64,000 bases of DNA, from positions 97,728 through 161,727 of IMG/VR virus record IMGVR_UViG_3300030419_007010; one strand, given 5' to 3'. Every line of letters starts with the position of its first letter. The first letter of the stretch is position 1. Positions 1 to 11,015 of this stretch are shown here, piece after piece. Made by a program: the position numbers and the translations under genes. Below the pieces are notes generated by a model. The model ran no database searches. It had not been told where the DNA came from and saw only the letters and a list, made by a program, of their open reading frames with translations. This DNA comes from a virus.

Positions 1-437
1 ACCCTCTTTGTAGCTTCGGGATAACCTCCTAAAACTATTCTAGCTTGATTCATAAAATCAAACTTTGCAGTTCTTTCTGTTAAGAATTCCGGATTAAATA
101 CAATATTTAAATTAGGAAAATTATTTCTCATTTCCCTTGTTGTCCCGGGAATTACAGTTGACTTAAGCACGACGACTGTATCTTCTTTTGGCTTTAAGCT
201 TGATACTTCTTCTAGTACTGAATAGACTATGTTAAGATTAATCGAACCGTCCTTATTCATTGGTGTTGGTACAGAAACAAAAATAACATCTGATTCTTTT
301 ACTACCTCTTCCATAGAGTTCATAGACTTTAATGGGTCTTTGTCATGTACTAAAACCGGGACTACGGGACTTAGGCCAAACGATATGGACGAGCCAACAA
401 ATCCATGCCCAATCACGCCTACTTTTTCTACTTTCAT
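1..437 (-). CDS. UDP-glucose/GDP-mannose dehydrogenase family protein (runs off the window edge, C-terminus missing)
   Basis: Not in ORF track; my translation from ATG at 437 gives MKVEKVGVIGHGFVG (Rossmann), VSVPTP, LKSTVIPGTT, FNPEFLTE, all UDPGDH motifs. Confidence 0.9.
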   Translation of the reverse strand, partial: MKVEKVGVIGHGFVGSSISFGLSPVVPVLVHDKDPLKSMNSMEEVVKESDVIFVSVPTPMNKDGSINLNIVYSVLEEVSSLKPKEDTVVVLKSTVIPGTTREMRNNFPNLNIVFNPEFLTERTAKFDFMNQARIVLGGYPEATKR

Positions 438-450
438 TTATTATTTCCTT

Positions 451-2103
451 TTATTTTTTATAAACAAGAATATCATATTCAATAAAATACAGATAATCTA
501 TGTTCGTGTTAAGAAAACATTCTATTGCGTTTGTTGGGGTTTCTACAATAGGTTCTCTGTCATTAAAGCTAGTATTTAAAACTATTGGTACACCAGTTTT
601 CATATGAAACTTTTTAATCAAATCATAATACAGCTTATTTTGTTCGGCAGTTACTGTTTGAATTCTCGCTGTTTGATCTTTGTGTTCAACTGCGGGTGCC
701 TTACCTAACTTGTCCGACTTAAACTTAAATACAAAGCCCATATATGGAGACGGAAAATAGTTTTCGAACCACTCGTTTCCACACTCCTCAAGAACAGAAG
801 GGGCAAATGGACGATACCATTGTCTGTGTTTTACTTTTTCATTAATTAATGATTTCATCTGATGGCTAATAGGATTAGCTAAGATACTTCTGTTTCCTAG
901 CGCGCGTCGGCCAGATTCAGATCTGCCTTGAAAAACACTAATTATATTGTCCTCTATAAGTAACTCAACACATTCATCTAAAGAACACTTTCTTACAGCT
1001 AGCTTATCAATATTATTTTCGATTGATTTTTCAACATCTTCTCTGCTGTAGACTTCTCCAAGATATGGAGAAACAAAATCATCTAGGTTTCTTTCATTGT
1101 TTAAAACGGAAAACCAGTGATATTGACATGCACCAATAGATAATCCTCCGTCGTAAGGGACGGGAGGTACAAATACATTCTTTATTATTCCATCAAATTT
1201 ACTCTTAATTTTTCCAGTAAAAGAAGAATTTAAGCTAACGCCGCCGGCTAGGCAAAGATTATCAAATTCAATATTATTGTTTTTTGCTAACCCAACCATT
1301 TGATTAATAATATCAAAAAGTATATCTTCTGTCACTTTTTGAAGTGCAGCTGCAAGATTCATTTTTTCTTTTTCATCTTTCTCAGCTATCTTTCTAAATT
1401 TGTCTAAATATGGATGAACTACATCTTCTTCTGGAGGAACATACACACCACGTTTATATCCCGGAGGACAGAATTTTACATATGGAAAATCTTCAGTAGC
1501 CATCTTCATAAAATCTTTGTAATATTTTTGCGGATCTCCAAATGCGGCCATGGCCATAATTGAACCAGCCTGGTGACCTCTCGGATACCCTGATGATAGC
1601 TTAAATATGAACCTTGTGCATCTTCCCCATAAATTACCCAGGCTCATGATATCATTATTTATTTCGAAAAGATTTGTTATCTTATTACCTTTTCCATAAT
1701 ATCCAGAAGTAGATATTGAATTGCCTTCTTCGTTTATTCCAGCACTATCAATAGTTAATATTAAGCTATTTTCATAGGGAGAGGAATAAAAAGCATGTGC
1801 AGCATGACACAAATGATGTCCATAAAAATTAATTTTATCTTTTGATAATCTATCGTGAGTATTATATGTTTCGCCGCCGTTAGCTTCTAGGTTTGTATTT
1901 GGCAAAGGAGAGACCCAATGATCTATATCTTCCATATCCAAGTTATTTTTAGACAAATATTTTTCTTCTAAATATAGTAGAGAATCTCCACCAGATTCTT
2001 TTAAGCGAGTATATCTTTCTATTTCAATGTGCTCTACGACTTTTCCGTCATCTAAAACACAATAGCCGCCGTCGTGCCAATTATATAATCCAACAACTTT
2101 CAT
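451..2103 (-). CDS. O-carbamoyltransferase (NodU/CmcH/TobZ family)
   Basis: HD near N-terminus, HHLCHAAHAF, LAGGVSLN, RALGNRSILANP, KHRQWYRPFAPSV, TARIQTV, LNTSFN motifs. Confidence 0.95.
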   Translation of the reverse strand: MKVVGLYNWHDGGYCVLDDGKVVEHIEIERYTRLKESGGDSLLYLEEKYLSKNNLDMEDIDHWVSPLPNTNLEANGGETYNTHDRLSKDKINFYGHHLCHAAHAFYSSPYENSLILTIDSAGINEEGNSISTSGYYGKGNKITNLFEINNDIMSLGNLWGRCTRFIFKLSSGYPRGHQAGSIMAMAAFGDPQKYYKDFMKMATEDFPYVKFCPPGYKRGVYVPPEEDVVHPYLDKFRKIAEKDEKEKMNLAAALQKVTEDILFDIINQMVGLAKNNNIEFDNLCLAGGVSLNSSFTGKIKSKFDGIIKNVFVPPVPYDGGLSIGACQYHWFSVLNNERNLDDFVSPYLGEVYSREDVEKSIENNIDKLAVRKCSLDECVELLIEDNIISVFQGRSESGRRALGNRSILANPISHQMKSLINEKVKHRQWYRPFAPSVLEECGNEWFENYFPSPYMGFVFKFKSDKLGKAPAVEHKDQTARIQTVTAEQNKLYYDLIKKFHMKTGVPIVLNTSFNDREPIVETPTNAIECFLNTNIDYLYFIEYDILVYKK

Positions 2104-2106
2104 ATA

Positions 2107-2835
2107 TCATTCCTCAAATTCTTTTTTAATTAAAACTTGTCCATAATCAATTTCGTCATCTGGTACCCTTCTATCATCAAAAAAGATTCGCCTGTCCATA
2201 ATAATAAGCTCTTTTTCATGATCGTCAATCTCGTCAATAGCTTTTGCACACTCAATATTATCTACTTTTTTAGTAGGAAGATGATAATCATCAAAAAGAA
2301 GAAATTTTGTAAATTTATTTTTTGTTAAAATCCAATCAGATTTAGTAGCTTGGTATGTATGGTCTCCATCAATATAAACAAAATCAAATTCTTCATTTAA
2401 TGATAATAGAATATTTTGTGAAAAGCCTGGGATGAGTTGTATATTATTTTCAGTGAACCAGTGGTTCGGAAAAGTGTTTCTTAGCCTGTCTACATGATTT
2501 TTTGTTTCTTGATTATGGAAAAGTGGGTCTATAGAAACAATCTTGCCTCCGCCGTTTTCTGCTAGTGCTTTGGCTGCGCATATAGTTCCGTATCCTCTAC
2601 CAAAACCAATTTCTAGAAATGATTTAAGGTTGTACTTCTTGATTAGATGATATATTAAAATGCCTCTTTCATAATTTGGTCTAAAGAAACATCCTACTTT
2701 TTTATAGAGTTCGCTGTCAGGTGAACGCGTTTTCTTTGCGGTATGTTCTCCAATTTGATCAAAATCGCCTAGATTAATATCGTCTAGTGGATACCCAAGC
2801 TCTTCTAACTTTTCTATTATATGAATTTGTTCCAT
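2107..2835 (-). CDS. class I SAM-dependent methyltransferase (Methyltransf_24-like)
   Basis: LEIGFGRG, FDFVYIDGDHTY, FDDY motifs. Confidence 0.85.
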   Translation of the reverse strand: MEQIHIIEKLEELGYPLDDINLGDFDQIGEHTAKKTRSPDSELYKKVGCFFRPNYERGILIYHLIKKYNLKSFLEIGFGRGYGTICAAKALAENGGGKIVSIDPLFHNQETKNHVDRLRNTFPNHWFTENNIQLIPGFSQNILLSLNEEFDFVYIDGDHTYQATKSDWILTKNKFTKFLLFDDYHLPTKKVDNIECAKAIDEIDDHEKELIIMDRRIFFDDRRVPDDEIDYGQVLIKKEFEE

Positions 2836-3468
2836 TTATATCTCCCAATCTTTGTATTCTGGTTCTTTAGTTTTATTGTTATTATGCATTCTGTAACGAT
2901 AAAATGGATATCTAAGATGATGAATCTTATAAAAATCACCTAATCTTTTTCGTAAGTTCTCTTCTTCTTTGTGTCGCATATTAGGATCATATGCACCCAT
3001 TTCAACAAGTAAATCTTTTCTGTACATTATACCACAAGAAATATTGTCTTTTTCAGCATATTTTCTCTCTAAAACATTTTCATAATTGTCTATCAAAATA
3101 TAGTCACAAGATACACAGAACGCGTCGTGATTTGCTTCTAAATATTCCTTCATAAAATAGCACATATCATCAGAAACATAATCGTCAGCATCAACACGAA
3201 TAACAAATTGCCCTTTAGCTGCTTTTATTCCTTTGTTGGCGGAAGCTGCAACTCCTAAATTCTTCTTGTTTTTTATTAATTTAATGTCATCCAAGAAGGG
3301 AACCATAACTTCCCAAGATTTATCTGTGCTCTTATCATCTACAACAATTACTTCAACATTAACATTCTTCTGATTTAAACAGCTTCTAATGCATCTAGCA
3401 ATATATCTTGAATAATTATAGTTAGTTATAATAATTGAAACATCAGGATTAGACATAATTTTCCTCAT
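2836..3468 (-). CDS. glycosyltransferase family 2
   Basis: VSIIITNYN, VVDDKSTD, RVDADD; start may be 3456. Confidence 0.92.
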   Translation of the reverse strand: MRKIMSNPDVSIIITNYNYSRYIARCIRSCLNQKNVNVEVIVVDDKSTDKSWEVMVPFLDDIKLIKNKKNLGVAASANKGIKAAKGQFVIRVDADDYVSDDMCYFMKEYLEANHDAFCVSCDYILIDNYENVLERKYAEKDNISCGIMYRKDLLVEMGAYDPNMRHKEEENLRKRLGDFYKIHHLRYPFYRYRMHNNNKTKEPEYKDWEI

Positions 3469-5083
3469 ACCAGAGACACAAAATCAAAAATGCAAACTTC
3501 AAATATCCATTTTTAATGTCTTTGACGTTAAATCCTTCTTTAAAAATATTAGACTTTATAATCTCACAATTATTGATTACTTCATCAAACTTGTCATTCC
3601 ATCCATCAAAACCCAACATAAAGCCAATTTTGTTTCTATGCACAAACTCTTTATCGTAATATTGTTCTAAAAGTTTTTTGATTGGATACTTACGTATTTT
3701 ACCAAACATATTCTCATATGTTAAGCGATTTGAATATTCCACTACGCGGTGATCCAAAAAAGGAACTCTAACTTCTAAAGAGCTAGCCATGCTCATTCTA
3801 TCTACTTTCTGGAGTATGTCTCCTTCCAGAAAAAATCTAATATCCAGAAGTCTCATTATTTCATTTTTATCTTTTGTTTCATAAGGCAATTTAGTTAACA
3901 TATAATCATATGTGTCATTCTTATATTCATTCTGCAAAAAATCTAAATTTGTGTTGCGAAAAAACCTTTCTGATATTGGTATTTCCGTATTGTTGTACTT
4001 GTTGTAACCACAAAACACTTCATCAGAACCATCTCCGCCTAAAGCGACAGTAACATTGCTAGATATTTTATTGGATATCAGATAAGTTGGTATAATTGAA
4101 GAATCTGCGAAAGGCTGACCAAAGTGTCGAACCAGTTTTCTTAAAAAGTTGAGCTTAATTTCATCGTAATTTACAAAGATATCAGTGTGATTTGTCCGAC
4201 ATTTGTTTGCAACCAACAGAGCATACTCTTTTTCATTTAGTTCTTTATCGTTAATAACAGCGGTAAAGGTTTTGCAATCTTGTTCTATCGATGATAAATG
4301 CTGCACAACCAGCGAAGAGTCGACTCCTCCGGAAAGATACGCACCATAAGGTACATCACTTCGCGTTCGTAGGGAAACCGCGTCACGAAGAAGATTTTCG
4401 AGGTACCCTAAATCGCTTTCTTTTCTTTCTTGAGGAGTTAAAGACCAATATTTCTTAATTGAACTAGCTCTGGTTTTAACATCAAATTCTAAATAATGGC
4501 CCTGCTCTAAGCTTCTGATTTCATTCCATATAGTATTTGGAGAAGCAATATAATATGTGTTAAAAAACATAGATATAGCGACAGGATCTATTGATAAATT
4601 ATCTATTCCTACTAAATCTTTTACGGAGTTAATCTCTGAGCAGAACGTTAATCCATTTTGCAGTGAGTAGAACAACGGCTTAATGCCCATCCTATCTCTC
4701 ACCAAAAAAAGCTTTCCTCTTGTTTTGTCATAAAGAGAAAAAGCAAACATTCCATTTAATTCTTTTAATGTTTTTTCTAAACCAAACTTCTCGTAGTATT
4801 TTAATAACACTTCTGTGTCAGAAGAGGTAGAAAATTCGCAATCTAAATCTTCTTTTAATTCTCGATAGTTATAAATTTCTCCATTAAAAACAAGAACTTT
4901 TTGACCATCATCAGAGATCATTGGTTGTTGTCCAGAAGATAAATCAATTATAGAAAGTCTAGTATGACCTAAAGAAACGTCTTGATCACGATAGAGACCT
5001 CTAGAATCTGGTCCGCGGTGACCAATATTATTAAGGAATGTCCTGTCAATAGGATATTTTGTAGAACCAATTATTCCGCACAT
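3449..5083 (-). CDS. asnB: asparagine synthase-like glutamine amidotransferase (AsnB/WbpS type, probably sugar amidation)
   Basis: N-terminal MCGI, HRGPD, RLSIID, FNGEIYN, LSGGVDSS, GDGSDE, LEVRVPFLDH. Confidence 0.95.
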   Translation of the reverse strand: MCGIIGSTKYPIDRTFLNNIGHRGPDSRGLYRDQDVSLGHTRLSIIDLSSGQQPMISDDGQKVLVFNGEIYNYRELKEDLDCEFSTSSDTEVLLKYYEKFGLEKTLKELNGMFAFSLYDKTRGKLFLVRDRMGIKPLFYSLQNGLTFCSEINSVKDLVGIDNLSIDPVAISMFFNTYYIASPNTIWNEIRSLEQGHYLEFDVKTRASSIKKYWSLTPQERKESDLGYLENLLRDAVSLRTRSDVPYGAYLSGGVDSSLVVQHLSSIEQDCKTFTAVINDKELNEKEYALLVANKCRTNHTDIFVNYDEIKLNFLRKLVRHFGQPFADSSIIPTYLISNKISSNVTVALGGDGSDEVFCGYNKYNNTEIPISERFFRNTNLDFLQNEYKNDTYDYMLTKLPYETKDKNEIMRLLDIRFFLEGDILQKVDRMSMASSLEVRVPFLDHRVVEYSNRLTYENMFGKIRKYPIKKLLEQYYDKEFVHRNKIGFMLGFDGWNDKFDEVINNCEIIKSNIFKEGFNVKDIKNGYLKFAFLILCLWYEENYV

Positions 5084-5916
5084 CTTATAATTTTATACTC
5101 AAACTCTGGATAATGGAAATCTCTCACAGTCGGCGTTCCAGATAAGCTAGCTTCTATCACTGGTTTGCGCGCTAGATTATAGTTTCTTCTCTCTTCAGAA
5201 TTAATACCGACATTGCTAGAGGCGGTTAAGGACTTGGAATGGAATCTTCTATTATATAAGACTTCCGGCATATTATAAATTCTATTCAATCCTAGGATTC
5301 TTATGAAAATATCTGTGTCTGCTGCAATCCTAGTCCGGCCGTCCCAGCCTCCTAGGGCTACTAAAATATCTCTTCTAAATAATACTGTACCGTTCATGCA
5401 AAACTTAAACTTAAGATATTCTTCGTAATTTCCGTCTGGCTCTAGAGAAGTTAAAAGATCATTTAAGGTAAAAGTTTCTATCACTTTTGGATATACATTT
5501 TTTCTGCTTCTGCTGCTGTTTTCATTCTCGGATATTGTATGTGGTTCATGATCTTCCCAAAACTCATTTACTGCTGTGCCTACACATGCAGCACTAGATA
5601 ATATCATAAAATTTAATTGTTTTTGTAGTCTTTCCGGCTCACTAAAATCATCCGAATCGTGAAGCCCAACATATTGTGAGTTGCAATAGTTTTTTAAGAC
5701 GAAGTTTTTGCCAGCATATGTACCAACATTCTTTTTCGAACAAATAATTGTTATTCTATCATCTTGAAAAGATTTGATTTTTTCTACTGTATCGTCGGTA
5801 CTACAATCATCAAAAATAAATAAATTAAAATTCCTGTACGTCTGATTAAGAATAGAATCTACACATTGTTCTATAGTATCAGAAGAGTTATAGGTACATA
5901 AAATAATATCAATCAC
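5071..5916 (-). CDS. glycosyltransferase family 2
   Basis: ILCTYN, FDDCSTD, HDSDD, RLQKQ. Confidence 0.9.
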   Translation of the reverse strand: MIDIILCTYNSSDTIEQCVDSILNQTYRNFNLFIFDDCSTDDTVEKIKSFQDDRITIICSKKNVGTYAGKNFVLKNYCNSQYVGLHDSDDFSEPERLQKQLNFMILSSAACVGTAVNEFWEDHEPHTISENENSSRSRKNVYPKVIETFTLNDLLTSLEPDGNYEEYLKFKFCMNGTVLFRRDILVALGGWDGRTRIAADTDIFIRILGLNRIYNMPEVLYNRRFHSKSLTASSNVGINSEERRNYNLARKPVIEASLSGTPTVRDFHYPEFEYKIIRCAE

Positions 5917-6604
5917 TCAAATACTCCTCGATTACTCTATCAATTTTACTAGCTACCTCTTGTTCTGCTTCTGGTGTTCTATCTTTAATTTGATAAAGCT
6001 TTCCTTTGTTCTTTAGTACAAAACTACTAACTGTTTGTTTTTTAATATCTGCTAGGCTATCTTTTAATACTTCGAATCCAGCAATACAAGATTTTAAAAA
6101 TAGATCTTCTATATCATCACCAGCGGCAATATCTGCTTTTTTTTGAGCGATTATTTCTCCTGCATCGATTGACTTATCAATATAGTGCAATGTTGCACCA
6201 ACACCATCTAGGTTTTCGTCATGGACTGCCCAAAAAGCGCTATCAACTCCTCGAAATAATTGAACAATTCCAGTATGTATATTTATACATCCATATTTTG
6301 GTATAGAAAATACTTCTTCTTTTAAAAGACTGCAGCCGAAAGTAAAGATAACTTCAGGATCGTGTTTCTTAATTAATTCAACAGTTTCTTTTGTGTTTAT
6401 TTGTTCCTTATCAAGAAAAGTATATGGACTTATAGGGGTCCAATCGACTTGCTCCTTAAATAATTCTTTCTCTTTTTCGTATAAAGAAGCAGAAGAAATA
6501 GGCTTATCTTCAAAAAAAATTCTGGATGCAAATGTTCTATTATATAACATTTCAGCAAAATATCTATGTCTAGGATGAGTTGAGGTTATAATTACAGTTC
6601 TCAA
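5909..6604 (-). CDS. formyltransferase (sugar N-formyltransferase/Fmt family)
   Basis: CINIHTG, GATLHYIDKSIDAGEII. Confidence 0.9.
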   Translation of the reverse strand: MRTVIITSTHPRHRYFAEMLYNRTFASRIFFEDKPISSASLYEKEKELFKEQVDWTPISPYTFLDKEQINTKETVELIKKHDPEVIFTFGCSLLKEEVFSIPKYGCINIHTGIVQLFRGVDSAFWAVHDENLDGVGATLHYIDKSIDAGEIIAQKKADIAAGDDIEDLFLKSCIAGFEVLKDSLADIKKQTVSSFVLKNKGKLYQIKDRTPEAEQEVASKIDRVIEEYLSD

Positions 6605-7290
6605 AATACCTCCAAAGGAAAAACAGATATTCTCTTGAAGGCTTCGCCTCTAGATTTTCCTATTTCATATCCGCGAACTTTAGAGAGGCCATCTAGGTAA
6701 TCATTAATACCCGAAATAACTTGTTCTTGTGAGTCATAGAAACTCATAGCTTTCATTTTAACATCAAAACTTTCTGTAACATCGACTACAAAATCAACTT
6801 CTGGTAAAGGATCCGTTATCTCAAACGCCCATAAGTCTTTGACCTTATGTGTTTTGCCAAGCTCGGGCAATACTGCTTCTGATGCCTTCCAACACGCCTC
6901 TTTTATTATTAGAGATGTATTCCTATGGTCTCTGTGTTTATCGTTTTCCGAATGTGTGATAACTAAATCAGGCTTCTTTTCTCTTATCAGTTTAATAACT
7001 TTATGAAAAAACTCTCTTGAATATTCTACTTTTTGACATTCTACGTAAAGATTGTGTATATCTTTAACACCTAAAACCTGACCAGCTAGATGAGCTTCAT
7101 ATTGGCGAGTTGTGATGATATTATCACTAGTATATTTATTTCCATGATCAACGCCAGTAGCGCCGTCGGTTATAAACACTACCTCTACATTAGAGCCGGC
7201 ATCAGTCCATTTTCGTATAGAGGCTCCACAGCCAATTGTTTCATCATCTTGATGAGCGGCAAAGACTAATATATTCTTATGTTGAAACAT
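6601..7290 (-). CDS. PIG-L/LmbE family deacetylase
   Basis: AHQDDE..GCG and HRDH motifs. Confidence 0.92.
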   Translation of the reverse strand: MFQHKNILVFAAHQDDETIGCGASIRKWTDAGSNVEVVFITDGATGVDHGNKYTSDNIITTRQYEAHLAGQVLGVKDIHNLYVECQKVEYSREFFHKVIKLIREKKPDLVITHSENDKHRDHRNTSLIIKEACWKASEAVLPELGKTHKVKDLWAFEITDPLPEVDFVVDVTESFDVKMKAMSFYDSQEQVISGINDYLDGLSKVRGYEIGKSRGEAFKRISVFPLEVF

Positions 7291-7984
7291 TTACACTGTC
7301 ACAAAAAGATCTTAAAAAGGCTAGCTGTCCAAAATTCATGGAGCAAACGTGAGCGCTTTCTGTTTTACATTGTAAATTATAATCTATTGTGAAATGTTTT
7401 TCAAGAACTTTCGCACCTCGGCGAACAGCTTCTTCACAAGCTTCATTGCCAACTGTGTGATCGCTATATCCGATCAAGCGATCGTCGAACTTCTCTGGCA
7501 TTACTTTCATAGCTTCTTCGAAAGTATGAGGGTATTTTGCTACGCAGTGGAAATATTTTACGTTTTCGTTTTCGAAAGGATATTCATCTTTATCCCATTT
7601 TCCAAGCGAACAATAAGTAAACATACCAGTATCTACCATATCTTTGCAAAAATCAAAATCCCATTCCAGCATAGAACTAGCAATTTTATTAATTTGTGCA
7701 TTAGACTCTTGAGTCCACTCGAACCTGTCTCTATGAAACGGAGATGCAAAAAAATCTATATTTAATCTCTCTGCATAATCTTTTAGTCTCAAATATTGTT
7801 CTTTTGTCATCGTAAGATATTCCCAAAGCTCCCGATTATCTCCTGGCATTCTATAGGTATCCCACAATTGGACCTTCACAGCGTCGGCTCCACCCATTTT
7901 ACATTGCAAAATCATCTGCTCTGCTCTTCTTACAGAGCCGCCCCATTGGCCGCATAACTCTGCTATAATATAAACATCACTCAT
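7277..7984 (-). CDS. neuB: N-acetylneuraminate/nonulosonate synthase (NeuB family, short, no SAF domain)
   Basis: YIIAE, GADAVKVQ, KIAS, HCVAKYP, GYSDHT, EKHFT; start placed at MSDVYIIAE. Confidence 0.92.
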   Translation of the reverse strand: MSDVYIIAELCGQWGGSVRRAEQMILQCKMGGADAVKVQLWDTYRMPGDNRELWEYLTMTKEQYLRLKDYAERLNIDFFASPFHRDRFEWTQESNAQINKIASSMLEWDFDFCKDMVDTGMFTYCSLGKWDKDEYPFENENVKYFHCVAKYPHTFEEAMKVMPEKFDDRLIGYSDHTVGNEACEEAVRRGAKVLEKHFTIDYNLQCKTESAHVCSMNFGQLAFLRSFCDSVNVST

Positions 7985-7985
7985 T

Positions 7986-8678
7986 CTAAAAATATCCCCA
8001 ATCAACATATTTTGTAACTGTTGATTTAAATTTATCTATTACTTCTTGATTAAAATCTTCGGGAGCTTTATACTTTGGTGTAAATTCCACAAGCCATTCA
8101 TCAATATACTCGTGAGCTTCCGTATTTAACAGGTGTTCAATGACTTTATACTCTGCGCCTTCAATATCAATTTTTAAAATATTGTGCTCGTCTTTACTTA
8201 AATTTTTAATAATCCAATCGGAAAGGTCAATACACTGTACAGGAAAACTTAAGCTAGGAATATTTAGAGCACAGTCGGTCTTCGCTCGATACCCATTTTT
8301 TTCTCCAGTAACAAAATGATTGTTATTAGAAAAATCTAGGCGGATTCCACGATAATACTCTGGGATATATTGGCCTGATTTAATAGCTTGCTCTTTACTT
8401 CTTAACAAAGAAGAACCGGTTCTTGTTCCCCAAGCTTGAATATAAAAGTTTTTTATTACATCTTCCACCCAGACGGCCTGAGTGTGTATTGTTATAGGTA
8501 CTGGATTATCTTCAACTTGCGCCAACGTCGCAAATTTCTCTAGCAGGGTTGTATAATTGAAGTACTCTGGTTCGAACGCGTCAATTTTAATTAAATTTTC
8601 TTTATACTTATTTTTGGCCCATGAGACTGCTTTACCGACGTTTGCGCCGCAGTCAATAAACCTAATTTTTTTAGACAT
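7986..8678 (-). CDS. FkbM-family methyltransferase
   Basis: FIDCGANVG, AFEP, LKIDIEGAEY. Confidence 0.88.
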   Translation of the reverse strand: MSKKIRFIDCGANVGKAVSWAKNKYKENLIKIDAFEPEYFNYTTLLEKFATLAQVEDNPVPITIHTQAVWVEDVIKNFYIQAWGTRTGSSLLRSKEQAIKSGQYIPEYYRGIRLDFSNNNHFVTGEKNGYRAKTDCALNIPSLSFPVQCIDLSDWIIKNLSKDEHNILKIDIEGAEYKVIEHLLNTEAHEYIDEWLVEFTPKYKAPEDFNQEVIDKFKSTVTKYVDWGYF

Positions 8679-8679
8679 T

Positions 8680-9333
8680 CTACCTCCTTAAGTGTGCTAT
8701 ATAAAATCCGTTATGCCAATCTATATGCTTTTCTATAAAGAATTCTGTTACTTTTTTGAAATTGGATTTTTTAATTGCTTCTTCAGTTGCATTTTGAATA
8801 TTTTCACCTACATCTCCAGGACAGTAATAGTCGTCGACAATTAGTATTATTTCATCATCCAGTATGGAGTCATAGTGGGCTAATATTTTACTATGAGAAT
8901 CATATGAGTGATCACCATCATAAAAAAATATATTTATTTTATCTTCAAATTTTTTTAGATCTAATTCCCAACAATTCTCTACAAAAAAAACAAATTTTCT
9001 ATCAGAAGAAGAGTATTTCTCTATATTTTTATTAATATTTTCTTCATTATCTTCTTGAAAATATCGACTCCAATTATCAATTCCGTAAAAGACCCCAGCA
9101 TTATTATAAGCTGCAGCAAAATAGCTGGCACCTCTTAACACTCCTATTTCTAGATATTTAGTTTTCTTTTTATTAGGTAATTTACATATAAGATTTAAAA
9201 GAAACTGTGAGTCTCTAGTAGACATTGCATGAGGAACAGTTTGATGACTAAGCTTCATGATATCGCCATTCAATGTTTTTACATTTTTAGTTGCCTTATC
9301 AATGCAATCTCTAATATGTTCTGTAAAATTCAT
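8680..9333 (-). CDS. class I SAM-dependent methyltransferase
   Basis: YLEIGVLRGAS, FFYDGDHSY, IVDD. Confidence 0.85.
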   Translation of the reverse strand: MNFTEHIRDCIDKATKNVKTLNGDIMKLSHQTVPHAMSTRDSQFLLNLICKLPNKKKTKYLEIGVLRGASYFAAAYNNAGVFYGIDNWSRYFQEDNEENINKNIEKYSSSDRKFVFFVENCWELDLKKFEDKINIFFYDGDHSYDSHSKILAHYDSILDDEIILIVDDYYCPGDVGENIQNATEEAIKKSNFKKVTEFFIEKHIDWHNGFYIAHLRR

Positions 9334-9337
9334 GAAT

Positions 9338-10030
9338 TTATTTTTTAATTTTTTCTAGTTTTGCATTTGGGTGTTTCTTTCTAAACTCTTCCTTAAGCTG
9401 TTCTATTTTATCGACAGGCTTCTCTAATAACCAAATGTCTTCTTCTGTATGTATATCATGTAATTCACAGACGACAACACCGCAGTTTGTACTTAAATCT
9501 TTTTGCATCACATAATCGGCCTTAAAAATACGAAAAGCTGCATTTTGCATTAGGTTAGAATCAACACTAAAAACTTCATCTCTCTCGTGTTTCTTAAAAA
9601 CCTCTATAGCATTATCCAAGTGTTCTGCTTTAATTTGCGGAGAATTTGCTTGCAGTGATATAAAAATCTCTGGTTTCTTTTGATTTTTGTTTATGTGCTT
9701 TGCTGCAGCACGAATAGCAACTTGTTTATAGACATGATCTTTTGCTAATCGTTTACTTCTCATGTGAACTTTGGCACCAAAACTTTTAGCAACTTCTGCT
9801 ATCTCTTTTGACTCTGTGCTCACCCAGGGCTCAATATCATGCTTTGATTCTTTACATGCCTTTATCGCCCAATAAAGCATCGGCTTGCCCCAAACTGGAT
9901 GTATATTTTTGTTTTTAAGCCGTTTGCTGCCGCCTCTAGCTGGTATTATAGCTACAATTTTCGGACCTTCTATCAGATTCTTCTCTCCTATGAAGTTGAG
10001 ATATTTTCCTATTAAAAAGCTTTCAGTCAT
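9338..10030 (-). CDS. neuA: acylneuraminate cytidylyltransferase (NeuA/CMP-nonulosonate synthetase family)
   Basis: AIIPARGGSKRLKNKN, LQANSP, DIHTEED. Confidence 0.9.
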   Translation of the reverse strand: MTESFLIGKYLNFIGEKNLIEGPKIVAIIPARGGSKRLKNKNIHPVWGKPMLYWAIKACKESKHDIEPWVSTESKEIAEVAKSFGAKVHMRSKRLAKDHVYKQVAIRAAAKHINKNQKKPEIFISLQANSPQIKAEHLDNAIEVFKKHERDEVFSVDSNLMQNAAFRIFKADYVMQKDLSTNCGVVVCELHDIHTEEDIWLLEKPVDKIEQLKEEFRKKHPNAKLEKIKK

Positions 10031-11015
10031 TTTTTAACACATAATCCAGTATTCTTTGTGAAGAATTAAAATTAAACAAGTACTTTTCAATCGCTTCATC
10101 AAATTGAAAAGCCTCCACTTGTACTATATCATCTATATAATTGGCAATTTTATTATATTCTACTTCTCCCTTAATGTCAATACAATAATCTTCTTTATAA
10201 AGAAAATCTAATATTTGGTTAAAGGGTTTAATATTAAAATTAATAATTGGTGTCCTCATCATCACAGCTTCTTTTATACTAGTCGAATCGAAATTGACAA
10301 CGAAATCTGCTATATGCATCAGCTCCATCGAATCATGAGGGAACCATGAGAAATCTACAAAATGATAGTCCCCGCATATCTCTTTTTGTGAAAACGGATC
10401 CTTTCCGCGAGTTTTTGTTATGATATCGTAGCCAGATTCTCGTAAAGTGTCATACAATGCACCAAAATCTATTTTGCCTATATCGCGGGTTCTAGGTAAC
10501 ACAACAAAAGCTTTTTTACCAGAAGGATTAATATTATATTTTTTATATATTTCGTTACTATCATAAGCGATATCATATTTGGGCGATCCTAAATAGAGAT
10601 TTTTTTGTGATTTTTTATCATAATGGTCTGCTATAAATTTACTTGGAAAAATTACATAATCTACCGAGTCAATATATTTCTCGTAAATCCCAGCAACAGA
10701 AAAGTCAGTCATATAAGTTAAAGAAATTTTCTTATGATTATGATCAAGGAGTTCTATAAGATCTCCTTCAATTAGAAAAAATACACCAGGATATTTTTTG
10801 GCTTCATTAGCTTGAAAAATATCAAAATTATGTAGATTTGACAACTCTTGGAGATGTTTATAATTTTTTTCTATTAGTGGAGAATTATATTTACCGCTTG
10901 AAGAAACAAAATATCTAGATTTTATATTCCTTTTATTTGCTTCAATAGTTAATGGAATAAAATATCGCAAGGATGTCATTCCATTTGTAATAAAATTTAT
11001 AAATTTTTCAGCCAT
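10023..11015 (-). CDS. putative GT-B fold transferase (CDP-glycerol glycerophosphotransferase/sialyltransferase-like)
   Basis: LGSPKYD and ADFVVNFDSTSIKEA..MRTPII resemble the TagF-like C-terminal pattern; adjacent to neuA. Confidence 0.55.
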   Translation of the reverse strand: MAEKFINFITNGMTSLRYFIPLTIEANKRNIKSRYFVSSSGKYNSPLIEKNYKHLQELSNLHNFDIFQANEAKKYPGVFFLIEGDLIELLDHNHKKISLTYMTDFSVAGIYEKYIDSVDYVIFPSKFIADHYDKKSQKNLYLGSPKYDIAYDSNEIYKKYNINPSGKKAFVVLPRTRDIGKIDFGALYDTLRESGYDIITKTRGKDPFSQKEICGDYHFVDFSWFPHDSMELMHIADFVVNFDSTSIKEAVMMRTPIINFNIKPFNQILDFLYKEDYCIDIKGEVEYNKIANYIDDIVQVEAFQFDEAIEKYLFNFNSSQRILDYVLKND